Counted from the stretch's first letter, positions 45,353-54,274 are shown. The stretch is DNA of 64,000 nt from Candidatus Moraniibacteriota bacterium (GCA_030648835.1 JAUSGT010000002.1:437458-501457); one strand, 5' to 3'. Notes: generated by a model from the sequence alone, not told the origin. A program made the numbers and translations.

Positions 45353-46068
45353 GCCTGATCTCCGTCAAAAATCTGGAGAAGATATACGATAACGACGGGG
45401 TCAAGACCGGAGCGCTCCGCAATGCCACATTTGCCATAGAGAAAGGAGAATTCATCTCTATTATGGGGCCATCGGGATCGGGGAAATCGACGCTGATGCA
45501 AATCTTGGGACTGCTCGATCGCGCCACAGGCGGAGCGTATCTTTTGGATGGCAAAGATGTCTCTCAATTTTCTGACGATGAATTGGCACGTCTGCGGAAC
45601 AAAAAAATAGGCTTTGTATTTCAGGCATTCAACCTTTTGCCGAAAACAAATGTGTTTGAAAATGTCGAATTGCCTCTTCTCTACGATGATTTTCCGGTTG
45701 AGAGCAATGAAAAAAATGTTTTGGCCGCGCTCGAGGCGGTCGATATGCTTCATCGCAAGGGCTATTTGTCGAATCAGCTTTCCGGTGGCGAAAAGCAACG
45801 CGTGGCTATCGCGCGAGCGCTTGTCAACAACCCGGAAATTATTTTTGCCGATGAACCGACGGGGAATTTGGATTCCAAGTCCGGTCTTCAGGTGATGGCC
45901 ATTTTACAGAAATTGAACAATGCCGGGCATACTATCGTCTTGGTGACGCATGAGACATACACTGCCGAACATGCCAAGCGCGTTCTCCTCATGAAAGACG
46001 GACAGATTGTTGGTGACCACCCGGTCGTCAAGCGCCGCACTGCGGAAAGCGGAAACTTTTTGAAATGA
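45349..46068 (+). CDS. ABC transporter ATP-binding protein (MacB/LolD-type)
   Basis: Walker [10 protein letters not shown], signature [15 protein letters not shown] and Walker [13 protein letters not shown]. Confidence 0.85.
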   Translation: MSLISVKNLEKIYDNDGVKTGALRNATFAIEKGEFISIMGPSGSGKSTLMQILGLLDRATGGAYLLDGKDVSQFSDDELARLRNKKIGFVFQAFNLLPKTNVFENVELPLLYDDFPVESNEKNVLAALEAVDMLHRKGYLSNQLSGGEKQRVAIARALVNNPEIIFADEPTGNLDSKSGLQVMAILQKLNNAGHTIVLVTHETYTAEHAKRVLLMKDGQIVGDHPVVKRRTAESGNFLK

Positions 46069-47306
46069 AATTCTCTGACCCTCTTAAAATTTCTTATCGG
46101 ACACTCACGGCCTCGAAACTCAGGTTTTTTTTGACGGTGCTTGGTGTGGTCATCGGGGTGGCGGCGGTGATCATGGTGATGGCTATCGGAGCCAGTGCTC
46201 AGAAACTGGTATTGTCACAGGTAGAGAGTGTTGGGTCCAATTTGATAGGCGTGTTACCGGGGGCTTCGGAAGAGAAAGGCCCGCCCGCCGCGGCTCTCGG
46301 TATCGTCACAACGACATTTACCAATGATGATTTGAAAGCCATACGGGAACGGCGTAACGCGCCGCATCTTGTGGCGGTGTCGGGATATGTCACTGGCGCG
46401 GGCACGATCGAATCATCCGACAAATCTCTGGAAATCAGTTTTCAGGGTGTTTCACCGGATGTGACGGAGATAGAAAATATCACCGTGGCGAAAGGACGTT
46501 TCTTTTTTCCGGAAGAAGAGAGCGATCTTTCGCGCGTGGTGGTGCTCGGTGCCACGCGAGCCAAGGAACTTTTCCCCAATCGTGAGGCGCTCGGTGAAAC
46601 GGTGACGCTCAAAAATATTCCCTTCAAGGTGGTGGGTGTTTTGGAAGAGCGGGGAGCATCGGCTTTTTCCAATCCGGACACGATGGTGTATGTACCGCTT
46701 CAGACGGCGCAGAAACTTTTGCTCGGTATCAAGTATCTCAATTTCGCGCGTGGTAAAGTGGACACGGTGGAAAATATCGAACGTTCCATTGCCGATGTGA
46801 CGGCGCTGCTCCGTAAGCGTCACGATATCAAAGACAATCAGGAATTGGACTTTTCGATTCGGAGCACGGCCGCCGCGCTGGAAGTTTTGACGACCATCAC
46901 CAATGTGCTCACCTATTTCCTTATCGCCATCGCTTCCATCTCACTTCTGGTCGGAGGTATCGGTATCATGAATTCCATGCTCATTTCTGTCTCGCAACGA
47001 ATACGGGAAATCGGTTTGCGCAAGGCAGTCGGCGCGCGCAAGGCGCACATTATTTCCCAATTCCTCATCGAATCGTCTTTTGTCACGATTGTCGGCGGAG
47101 TGGTAGGAATTTTGTTCGGTATCGCGGTAACGTTTCTCGCGTCTATCATCATTGTCAAACTCGGATATACGTGGCAGTTTCTCGTCCCGCTGTCGTCGGT
47201 TATCATTGGTTTCTGTGTTTCTTTTGTTATCGGCATTGTCTTTGGTCTCTATCCGGCTGTCAAAGCTTCTCGGGTCAGTCCGATGGAAGCACTCAGATAC
47301 GAATAA
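46065..47306 (+). CDS. FtsX-like ABC permease (MacB-type, large extracytoplasmic domain)
   Basis: A TM helix, a ~230-aa periplasmic domain and three C-terminal TM helices with the FtsX motif. Confidence 0.75.
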   Translation: MKFSDPLKISYRTLTASKLRFFLTVLGVVIGVAAVIMVMAIGASAQKLVLSQVESVGSNLIGVLPGASEEKGPPAAALGIVTTTFTNDDLKAIRERRNAPHLVAVSGYVTGAGTIESSDKSLEISFQGVSPDVTEIENITVAKGRFFFPEEESDLSRVVVLGATRAKELFPNREALGETVTLKNIPFKVVGVLEERGASAFSNPDTMVYVPLQTAQKLLLGIKYLNFARGKVDTVENIERSIADVTALLRKRHDIKDNQELDFSIRSTAAALEVLTTITNVLTYFLIAIASISLLVGGIGIMNSMLISVSQRIREIGLRKAVGARKAHIISQFLIESSFVTIVGGVVGILFGIAVTFLASIIIVKLGYTWQFLVPLSSVIIGFCVSFVIGIVFGLYPAVKASRVSPMEALRYE

Positions 47307-47455
47307 CCAAGAACCAAAATCCAATGACCAAGAAGACCAAAATATCTCATTGTAACTGATGTGAATAGAGTTTTGAATTTTTGAAAGTTGATTACTTGAT
47401 CTTATTGTTTCTTGGAATTTGGTGATTGGTTATTGCTAAGGATACATTACAATAT

Positions 47456-48706
47456 ATGAAATACTTACAACCGTTACGTTTTGCCCTAAAAACGATTGTT
47501 ACCCATAAAACAAGGACTGCTTTGGCGCTCTTGGGCGTTGTCATTGGTGTTTTCGCGGTGGTAGTAGTGACGACGCTTGGCGACGGTGTGAAGGGATTTA
47601 TTTTGGGGCAAGTAGAAAGCTTCGGTACGGATTTGATCCAGGTGGAAGTAAAAATTCCCAGTACCGGGACAATGTCAAGCGAAAATGCCACCTCGCGCGC
47701 GCAGGGTACGCAAATTACGACGCTGACGGTCAAAGACGGAGAGGCGATGCGGAAAGTTCCCAATGTCAAAGCCGTTTATGCCGGGAGTATCGGTCAGGAA
47801 CGGGCGACATACGGCTCTGTCGGAAAACGGATTTTCTTACTCGGAGCCGGAGCCAATGCGGCGCTGGTGGATGAGAATATCAAACTGTCGAGCGGACGAT
47901 TCTTCACTCCGGATGAAGATGCCAGTTTGGCGCGAGTGGTCGTTTTGGGGTCGGAAACGAAAACTACTTTTTTTGGCGAGAGTGAAGCAGTGGGGGAATT
48001 CATCACGCTGAAAGGAGAAAAATACCGAGTGATCGGAGTATTGGCGCCACGTGGCACAGTCGGTTTTCTCAATTTTGATACTTTTACGTATGTGCCGATT
48101 CAGACATTGGAAAAGAAGATTCTTGGGGTCGAGTACGTGCAATTTGTTTCCGTCAAGCTGGCCAATTCCGCTTTGGAATCCGAAACCGTAGCCGACCTGG
48201 TGGCGCTTATGCGCAAGCGCCACGATATCGGAAGTCCCGATAAGGATGACTTTTCCGTCACCTCTACCAAAGAAGCCCAGAAGACATTGGCGAGCGTGCT
48301 TGGGTCAATCACTATCCTGCTTTTGGCGCTGACCTCCATTTCACTCGTCGTGGGCGGTGTGGGGATTATGAACGTGATGTACGTTTCGGTATCCGAACGG
48401 ACAAGTGAGATCGGTCTCCGCAAAGCGGTGGGGGCGACAGCCGCCGGCATCCTGCGGCAATTCTTATTTGAGGCGCTCATTATTACGTTTATGGGAGGTT
48501 TGATCGGGATCGGATTGGGGATGTTGCTTTCTTTCGGACTCAGTTTGCTTTTTTCATATCTCGGTTTCAATCTGCCACTGCATTTCTCGTTCTCCTCGTT
48601 TCTCTTGGGAGCGGGGTTCTCTATGGCGGTGGGGCTCATATTTGGTGTGGCTCCGGCTATCAGGGCGTCCAAACTTTCTCCGATGGAAGCCTTGCGGAAA
48701 GAGTAA
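47456..48706 (+). CDS. Second FtsX-like ABC permease (MacB-type)
   Basis: Same architecture as the previous permease. The track start at 47426 is a TTG; the ATG at 47456 (MKYLQPLRFALKTI...) is preferred. Confidence 0.75.
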   Translation: MKYLQPLRFALKTIVTHKTRTALALLGVVIGVFAVVVVTTLGDGVKGFILGQVESFGTDLIQVEVKIPSTGTMSSENATSRAQGTQITTLTVKDGEAMRKVPNVKAVYAGSIGQERATYGSVGKRIFLLGAGANAALVDENIKLSSGRFFTPDEDASLARVVVLGSETKTTFFGESEAVGEFITLKGEKYRVIGVLAPRGTVGFLNFDTFTYVPIQTLEKKILGVEYVQFVSVKLANSALESETVADLVALMRKRHDIGSPDKDDFSVTSTKEAQKTLASVLGSITILLLALTSISLVVGGVGIMNVMYVSVSERTSEIGLRKAVGATAAGILRQFLFEALIITFMGGLIGIGLGMLLSFGLSLLFSYLGFNLPLHFSFSSFLLGAGFSMAVGLIFGVAPAIRASKLSPMEALRKE

Positions 48707-48768
48707 CGAATTTTGTCGGCGTGGCCCTTTTGATGTATCCTGAAGAAGGATATTTTTTTACACAGTTT

Positions 48769-49281
48769 ATGTCTCTACCAGTTTTCAAACCGTTATACTT
48801 TTTGCTCAAAATTCTCGGTTTTCCCGTCATATGGGAAATTTCCGTCGGGGCGGTGGTGTTCTGCATAGAGGATAACAAGCGTCAGTACCTCTTGCTCCAT
48901 TATCCGAGCGGACATTTTGATTTCGCCAAGGGGCATATCGAAGAGGGAGAAACAGAGACGATGACCCTTACGCGCGAGACAGAGGAAGAAACCGGTATCC
49001 GCGATCTCAAGGTATTTCCGCAGCGCACCAACATCCGTTATTTCTATGTCGCCAAGGGGAATGAGCGTGAGAAGCGTCTGAAAAGCAATCATGGTATATG
49101 GATTTTTAAGCAGGTGCGTTTTTATCCGGCGCAAACGCAGATGCGAGACATCCGCATCTCTCATGAACATATCGGTTCGGTCTGGCTTCCCTATGAGGAA
49201 GCCCTCACCAAAGTGACATTCGGAAACGCCAAGCGCGTTCTCACGGAAGCGGAGATGTATCTCCGTTCGTGTGATTTGTAG
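48769..49281 (+). CDS. NUDIX hydrolase
   Basis: NUDIX box GHIEEGETETMTLTRETEEETGI. The start is set at an internal ATG; the track ORF begins at 48721. Confidence 0.65.
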   Translation: MSLPVFKPLYFLLKILGFPVIWEISVGAVVFCIEDNKRQYLLLHYPSGHFDFAKGHIEEGETETMTLTRETEEETGIRDLKVFPQRTNIRYFYVAKGNEREKRLKSNHGIWIFKQVRFYPAQTQMRDIRISHEHIGSVWLPYEEALTKVTFGNAKRVLTEAEMYLRSCDL

Positions 49282-49333
49282 CGGTCTTATCCAACAGGCT
49301 AAACAAAAGAATTTTTTCTCAATAAAATACCCT

Positions 49334-49477
49334 CCCTTGCAAGCAACCTCCCCGGGGGCCGTTCGTCCGACCAGCGTCGGACTTCTCTTATGAACTTTTT
49401 TTGATCCGTCTCTGAAGAGACGGCACCATGCTCAAAAAAACTTCAACTCTCCCGGGAAGATTCTTGCGGCGGAAGGT
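49334..49477 (+). promoter_or_regulatory. Composite conserved leader-like module (A: CTTGCAAGCAACCTCCCCGGGGG; B: GCCGTTC, hairpin, GAACTTTTTTTGATCC, hairpin CCGTCTCT/AGAGACGG, CACC, ATGCTCAAAAAAACTTCAACTCTCCCGGGAAGATTCTTGCGGCGGAAGGT) upstream of the ABC-F gene
   Basis: Ordered sequence blocks are shared with 27296-27440 and 39668-39843. Confidence 0.55.
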
Positions 49478-49569
49478 TTTCCTTATACTCTACTCATCCA
49501 AGAATCTTTTTGGAGAGTTTACAAAAGGCAGTTTTTGTTGTATTATTCTTTTTTGTTCTGGAAACTAAT

Positions 49570-49600
49570 AAGCTAGTGAAGCTAAAGAAGCCAAAAGCTA
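49570..49600 (+). repeat. AAGCTA-type short tandem repeat (AGCTAGTGAAGCTAAAGAAGCCAAAAGCTA) 8 nt upstream of the ABC-F start codon
   Basis: A near-identical copy lies at 60503-60542, directly upstream of the sugar-transferase start. A related heptamer run lies at 26640-26685. Confidence 0.6.
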
Positions 49601-49607
49601 TTTTCGT

Positions 49608-51308
49608 ATGTTGACCTTGAAGAATGTCAGGAAAACTTTCGGAACGGTGCGTGTCCTGGACAAGGTCTCTTTCTCGGTGGGCGAGGGGCAAAAAATCGCT
49701 CTGGTTGGACAGAACGGCGTGGGAAAGTCGACATTACTCAAAATAATCGCCGGTGAGGAAACTGCCGACAAAGGAGAGGTGATGAAACCCAATCGGATAC
49801 TGATTGGTTATTTGCCCCAGGAAGCTATTGCAGAATCGGATGAGACACTCATTCATTATTTGCGCCGGATGACGGGACTTGCGGATCTTGAAAAGGAAAT
49901 GGCCGGGTTGGAGTCGCGCCTGGATAAGCCGGAAGTTTTACAGCAGTATGAGCTTTTGCGGTCTGATTATGAGCGTTTGGGTGGAGACGATTTTACCCGC
50001 AAGGCCAAAGGTGTTTTGGAAGGGCTGATGCTTTCGAATATCAAAATGGAACGCATTGTCAATGAATTATCTGGGGGAGAGAAACGGAAAGCAGCTCTGG
50101 CGGGAGTGCTCCTCTCTGGTGTTGATGTGCTTTTGCTCGATGAACCGACCAACAATCTCGATCTGCCGGCTCTCTGTTGGCTGGAACGTTATCTCGAACG
50201 TTCTTCCGCCACCTGTATCATCGCTTCTCACGACCGGCGCTTTCTCGATAACATCGTAAAAAAAGTGCTTGAGATCGATTGGTACAAGCGTGATGTCGTG
50301 ATGTACACCGGAGGGTGGAGCGCCTTTGCTGAGATGAAAGCGCACGCGATTCGCAAACACAAAGAGAAATATCGGGCGCAGGAAGAAGAGCGGGAACGTC
50401 TGCTCGTTTCTATCGGAGAAAAAATGGATTGGGTGACGCGGGTGAAGAATCGCAAAGCGCCGGATCATGACAAACTTACTTCCAACTTCAAGAAAGAGCG
50501 CGCCACCAAAAAATTCACCACTTCAGCCAAAGCCATGGAAGAAAGGCAGCGGCGTTTGAACAAGGTGGAGCGGCCGCTCACTCGCGATCCGCTCATCATT
50601 CCGCTCGCGCCGCAGTCGGGTGCTACGAAAAACAGCATCATTCTCAAGAAAGTCTGTTTCGGTTACGAAGGCGGTTTTCAAGGAGGCCCAATTAACCTGA
50701 AGGTGACCTTTGGCAGTCGTCTGGTTATTCTCGGCAACAATGGCGCGGGCAAATCAACTCTTCTCAAAACTATAGCGGGAGAACTCCCGTTGCTTGCGGG
50801 TGTCAGAGTATGTGGAGAAAAATTGGTTTTCGGATATCTGATGCAGGAGCATGAAAATATATCTTTGGCAGTCACTCCCTATGAGCTTTTCAAAAGTCGT
50901 TTGGGTATCTTTGATCGCGATATTATAGCAGCGCATCTTTCTCAGTTTCAATTCGCGCCGGATGTTTTGAATGATAAAATTTCTTGGCTCAGTCCGGGAG
51001 AGCGGGTGCGTCTCGTCTTCGCGCTTCTTTCCGCGCTGGGAGCCAATGTGCTTTTGCTCGATGAACCGACGAATCATTTGGATCTTGAGGCTATTGAAGC
51101 GTTGGAAGAAGCGTTGGATGGATATGGTGGTACGATACTTCTCGTCACTCATGATCGACGTTTTTTGGAGCGGATCCGTCTGACACAGAATTTTATTCTG
51201 GAAAATGGCAAACTGACACCGATTGAGAGCTACGAGGCGTATGCCAAAAAAATGATGCCTCAGATAACACGTATCTTGAAGAGGTTGGAAGAGAAAAAAG
51301 GCTTTTAG
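49608..51308 (+). CDS. ABC-F family ATPase (two ABC domains, full length)
   Basis: GQNGVGKST and GNNGAGKST Walker A motifs; LSGGEKRKAALAG and LSPGERVRLVFAL signature motifs; a charged linker between the domains. Confidence 0.85.
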   Translation: MLTLKNVRKTFGTVRVLDKVSFSVGEGQKIALVGQNGVGKSTLLKIIAGEETADKGEVMKPNRILIGYLPQEAIAESDETLIHYLRRMTGLADLEKEMAGLESRLDKPEVLQQYELLRSDYERLGGDDFTRKAKGVLEGLMLSNIKMERIVNELSGGEKRKAALAGVLLSGVDVLLLDEPTNNLDLPALCWLERYLERSSATCIIASHDRRFLDNIVKKVLEIDWYKRDVVMYTGGWSAFAEMKAHAIRKHKEKYRAQEEERERLLVSIGEKMDWVTRVKNRKAPDHDKLTSNFKKERATKKFTTSAKAMEERQRRLNKVERPLTRDPLIIPLAPQSGATKNSIILKKVCFGYEGGFQGGPINLKVTFGSRLVILGNNGAGKSTLLKTIAGELPLLAGVRVCGEKLVFGYLMQEHENISLAVTPYELFKSRLGIFDRDIIAAHLSQFQFAPDVLNDKISWLSPGERVRLVFALLSALGANVLLLDEPTNHLDLEAIEALEEALDGYGGTILLVTHDRRFLERIRLTQNFILENGKLTPIESYEAYAKKMMPQITRILKRLEEKKGF

Positions 51309-51336
51309 TTGCCTTTCTGTACACTTTCCGATATAC

Positions 51337-51470
51337 TTTGAAATAGGACTTTCGCGTTTGGCGAACTTCTTTGTTGCGGAGCCTCTGTTCCGACTCCAGC
51401 GTAGCTAGTAGTACGCTTCCGTCGTCGATTTCTCCGCGCCTCGAATTTCACTCAAACGCGAAAGTCCTAA
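51337..51470 (+). promoter_or_regulatory. Long-range perfect 15-bp inverted repeat (GGACTTTCGCGTTTG ... CAAACGCGAAAGTCC) enclosing ~100 nt with internal hairpins, immediately upstream of secD
   Basis: Seen directly in the sequence. The downstream arm ends 8 nt before the secD ATG. Confidence 0.55.
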
Positions 51471-51477
51471 GAAAAAT

Positions 51478-53154
51478 ATGAGACAACACATAAAAAAACG
51501 CTTCCATTTTGCGGGAGTACTCTTGCTTGGCTTGATTTGCGCAATCATTGCCTATCCACAAGCGGTCAAATCCATTTCACCGCTTTTTCGTGTTGTGGAA
51601 AAAATGAAAATCAACGAAGGATTGGATTTGCAAGGGGGTATTCACTTGGAATACAAGGCGGATATGTCACAGGTTCCAAGTGAAAAGGTGGACGCCGCTC
51701 TTTCCGCCGCGGAAGCCGTGATCGAACGAAGAGTGAATGCTTTTGGTGTGGGTGAACCACTCGTGCAGCTTTCGCGGTCGGGGACGGAGAGGCGTATCAT
51801 TGTCGAATTGCCGGGTATCAAAGACATCGAACAAGCCAAGAAAATGATCAAAGAAACTCCGTTTCTTGAATTTCGTGAACCGGCCGGTCCGGAAGCGGAA
51901 AAGCAATTTGACGTTTTGAATCAAGAGACCAAAAGAGAGGCAGAAGCTATACTTGAGCTGGCGAAGAAGGGTGAAGATTTTGCCGCTCTGGCCAAAGAAT
52001 GGAGCGAAGATCCGGGATCCAAAGACAGGGGTGGCGATCTGGATTTTGCCAAGAAGGGTACATTCGTGCCTGAGTTTGATACGGTTATTTTCGATCCCAA
52101 TTTCAAATCGGGAGAAGTGAGTCCAAATCTTGTGGAGAGCCAATTCGGCTGGCATATCATCAAAAAAATCGAAGAACGCGGTGAAGGTAACAACAGGGAA
52201 GTCCGCTCCGCCCATATTCTTTTTACGAAACGCACGCTTGATCAGTACCCGGATTTGAAATGGGTGGTGACCGGTTTGACTGGCAAAAATTTGAAGAGCG
52301 CTACCGTTGATTATCAAAGTCAGGGAGTGGGCTCACCACAGGTAGCGCTTCAATTCGACAGTGAGGGGACAAAATTGTTTGCGGAAATTACTAAACGCAA
52401 TCTTGGCAAGCCGGTGGCCATACTTCTCGACAAGGAAATTATCAGCCAGCCAACTGTTCAAAACGAAATCGTGGGAGGCCAGGCAGTCATTACCGGCAAT
52501 TTCACAATGCAACAGGCAAATGATCTCGTGAAACGTCTCAACGAGGGTGCTCTCCCGGTCCCGATCACTTTGGTATCGCAACAGAGTGTGGATGCCAGTC
52601 TTGGCCAGAGTGCGCTCCAAAAGAGCTTGTTCGCGGGTCTCGTCGGTCTTGGGGCAGTGGCTGTATTTATGATTCTCTATTATCGTTTGCTCGGTGTCGT
52701 GGCAGTTGTGGCACTTCTTCTGTATACGGCGATGCTCCTCACTATTTTCAAACTCTCTGTCTTTACTCCCTTCGCGATTACGGTGACTTTACCGGGTATC
52801 GCCGGTTTCATCTTGTCGATCGGTATTGCCGTCGATGCCAACGTGCTTATTTTCGAGCGCACGCGCGAGGAACTTTCATACGGTAAAACTGTTATCAAAT
52901 CTTTGGTGGAAGGGTTTCGCCGGGCTTGGCCCAGTATTCGTGATGGGCATGTTTCGACGCTTATCACAACGGTAATCCTTATGGCTTTTGGTACCGGATT
53001 CGTAAAGGGATTCGCGGTTATTCTGGCCTTAGGTGTGCTCCTCTCGCTTTTCACCGCGGTGGTGTTGGTGCGAGTCTCGGTTATGTTTGTCGCCGGTGAT
53101 TGGATGGAGCGCCATCCGAAACTTTTGGTCTCACCAAAGAAATTGTTAGAATAA
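51478..53154 (+). CDS. secD: Protein translocase subunit SecD with an inserted parvulin-like PPIase signature in the first periplasmic domain
   Basis: SecD motifs GLDLQGGIHL and GIAVDANVLIFERTREEL with six C-terminal TM helices. Residues ~150-260 read EDFAALAKEWSEDPGSKDRGGDLDFAKKGTFVPEFDTVIFDP...GEVSPNLVESQFGWHIIKK. Confidence 0.85.
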   Translation: MRQHIKKRFHFAGVLLLGLICAIIAYPQAVKSISPLFRVVEKMKINEGLDLQGGIHLEYKADMSQVPSEKVDAALSAAEAVIERRVNAFGVGEPLVQLSRSGTERRIIVELPGIKDIEQAKKMIKETPFLEFREPAGPEAEKQFDVLNQETKREAEAILELAKKGEDFAALAKEWSEDPGSKDRGGDLDFAKKGTFVPEFDTVIFDPNFKSGEVSPNLVESQFGWHIIKKIEERGEGNNREVRSAHILFTKRTLDQYPDLKWVVTGLTGKNLKSATVDYQSQGVGSPQVALQFDSEGTKLFAEITKRNLGKPVAILLDKEIISQPTVQNEIVGGQAVITGNFTMQQANDLVKRLNEGALPVPITLVSQQSVDASLGQSALQKSLFAGLVGLGAVAVFMILYYRLLGVVAVVALLLYTAMLLTIFKLSVFTPFAITVTLPGIAGFILSIGIAVDANVLIFERTREELSYGKTVIKSLVEGFRRAWPSIRDGHVSTLITTVILMAFGTGFVKGFAVILALGVLLSLFTAVVLVRVSVMFVAGDWMERHPKLLVSPKKLLE

Positions 53155-53163
53155 AAATATGCC

Positions 53164-53282
53164 CGGTAGTAGAACTTTGAAAGTAAGAAAATGAGGTTAT
53201 ACTAAACGGGAGACAGCAGTAGGTGAGAGGAGTTTAGATAAGATGTATAGACGTTATAATAATTATTCAAAGTTTCACTACC
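53164..53282 (+). promoter_or_regulatory. Long-range ~20-bp inverted repeat (CCCGGTAGTAGAACTTTGAA ... TTCAAAGTTTCACTACCGGG, 2 mismatches) spanning the secD-secF intergenic region
   Basis: Seen directly. The downstream arm ends 4 nt before the secF ATG. Confidence 0.5.
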
Positions 53283-53286
53283 GGGT

Positions 53287-54183
53287 ATGTTACAGATTAT
53301 TCAGAAAAGAAAATATGCGTATCTGTTTTCCGGGATACTGACCACGGCGAGTGTGGTTTTGCTTCTGACCTGGGGGCTCAACTTCGGTATCGACTTCAAA
53401 GGAGGGACACTTATGGAAGTGCAATTCTCCCAAAATCCTGTACCGCGAGTGTCCGAAGTGGAAAAGTCTTTTGCGGATCTCTCGCTTCAGAGTCTGACCG
53501 TGCAGGCTACGGACAACCGCGGGATGTTGTTTCGTTATCTCGCGTCCGATGAGAATGCCAATGAACAGGTGCTCCAAAAATTGAAATCCTTTGATCCCAA
53601 TGTCGTGCAGTTGCGCACGGACTTTATCGGTGGCTCGGTCTCCGACCAGATCAAAAGGAATGCGTTGACCGGCATCGTACTTTCCGTGCTTTGCATCGCT
53701 CTCTATATTGCTTGGGCGTTTCGTCGTGTGTCCGGAGCGGTGACGTCATGGGAATACGGACTGGGGGCGGTTATCGCGCTGGCGCATGATATTCTTGTGG
53801 TCATCGGTATCTTTGTGCTTTTGGGAAGGTATTATAATATTGAGGTAGGGGTACCGTTTATCGCCGCGCTTTTGACCATCTTGGGTTACAGTGTGAATGA
53901 CACCATCGTCGTGTATGACCGGGTGCGCGAGAATCTGCTCCGCTCGCAGAGAAAAGAAGATTTTGAAATCACCGTCAATCGTTCGCTCAACGAAACACTC
54001 GGCCGTTCTATCAACACCTCGCTCACGGTTATTATCACTCTCTTCGCCATTACGATTTTCGGGGGAGACAGCATCCGTTACTTTGGTTTGGCGCTTCTCA
54101 TCGGAGTAATCTTTGGAACATACTCATCCATTTATATCGCGTCCGCTTTGCTCGTCACTCGCTATAGGATGAAGACAAAATGA
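53287..54183 (+). CDS. secF: Protein translocase subunit SecF
   Basis: GIDFKGGTLMEV motif and six TM helices with SecD/SecF family signatures. Confidence 0.85.
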   Translation: MLQIIQKRKYAYLFSGILTTASVVLLLTWGLNFGIDFKGGTLMEVQFSQNPVPRVSEVEKSFADLSLQSLTVQATDNRGMLFRYLASDENANEQVLQKLKSFDPNVVQLRTDFIGGSVSDQIKRNALTGIVLSVLCIALYIAWAFRRVSGAVTSWEYGLGAVIALAHDILVVIGIFVLLGRYYNIEVGVPFIAALLTILGYSVNDTIVVYDRVRENLLRSQRKEDFEITVNRSLNETLGRSINTSLTVIITLFAITIFGGDSIRYFGLALLIGVIFGTYSSIYIASALLVTRYRMKTK

Positions 54184-54274
54184 CGTATCAGGTATCATGT
54201 ATTGTGTATAAGGCAACTGCATATTAATGAATTGCATGATACATTATACTTAATACACTATACCTCTAAAGCTT

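Noticed and set aside
47426-47455. ORF-track start of the second FtsX permease at 47426
   Set aside because: The codon at 47426 is TTG and lies inside the inverted-repeat spacer. The ATG at 47456 gives the canonical FtsX N-terminus (MKYLQPLRFALKTI...).
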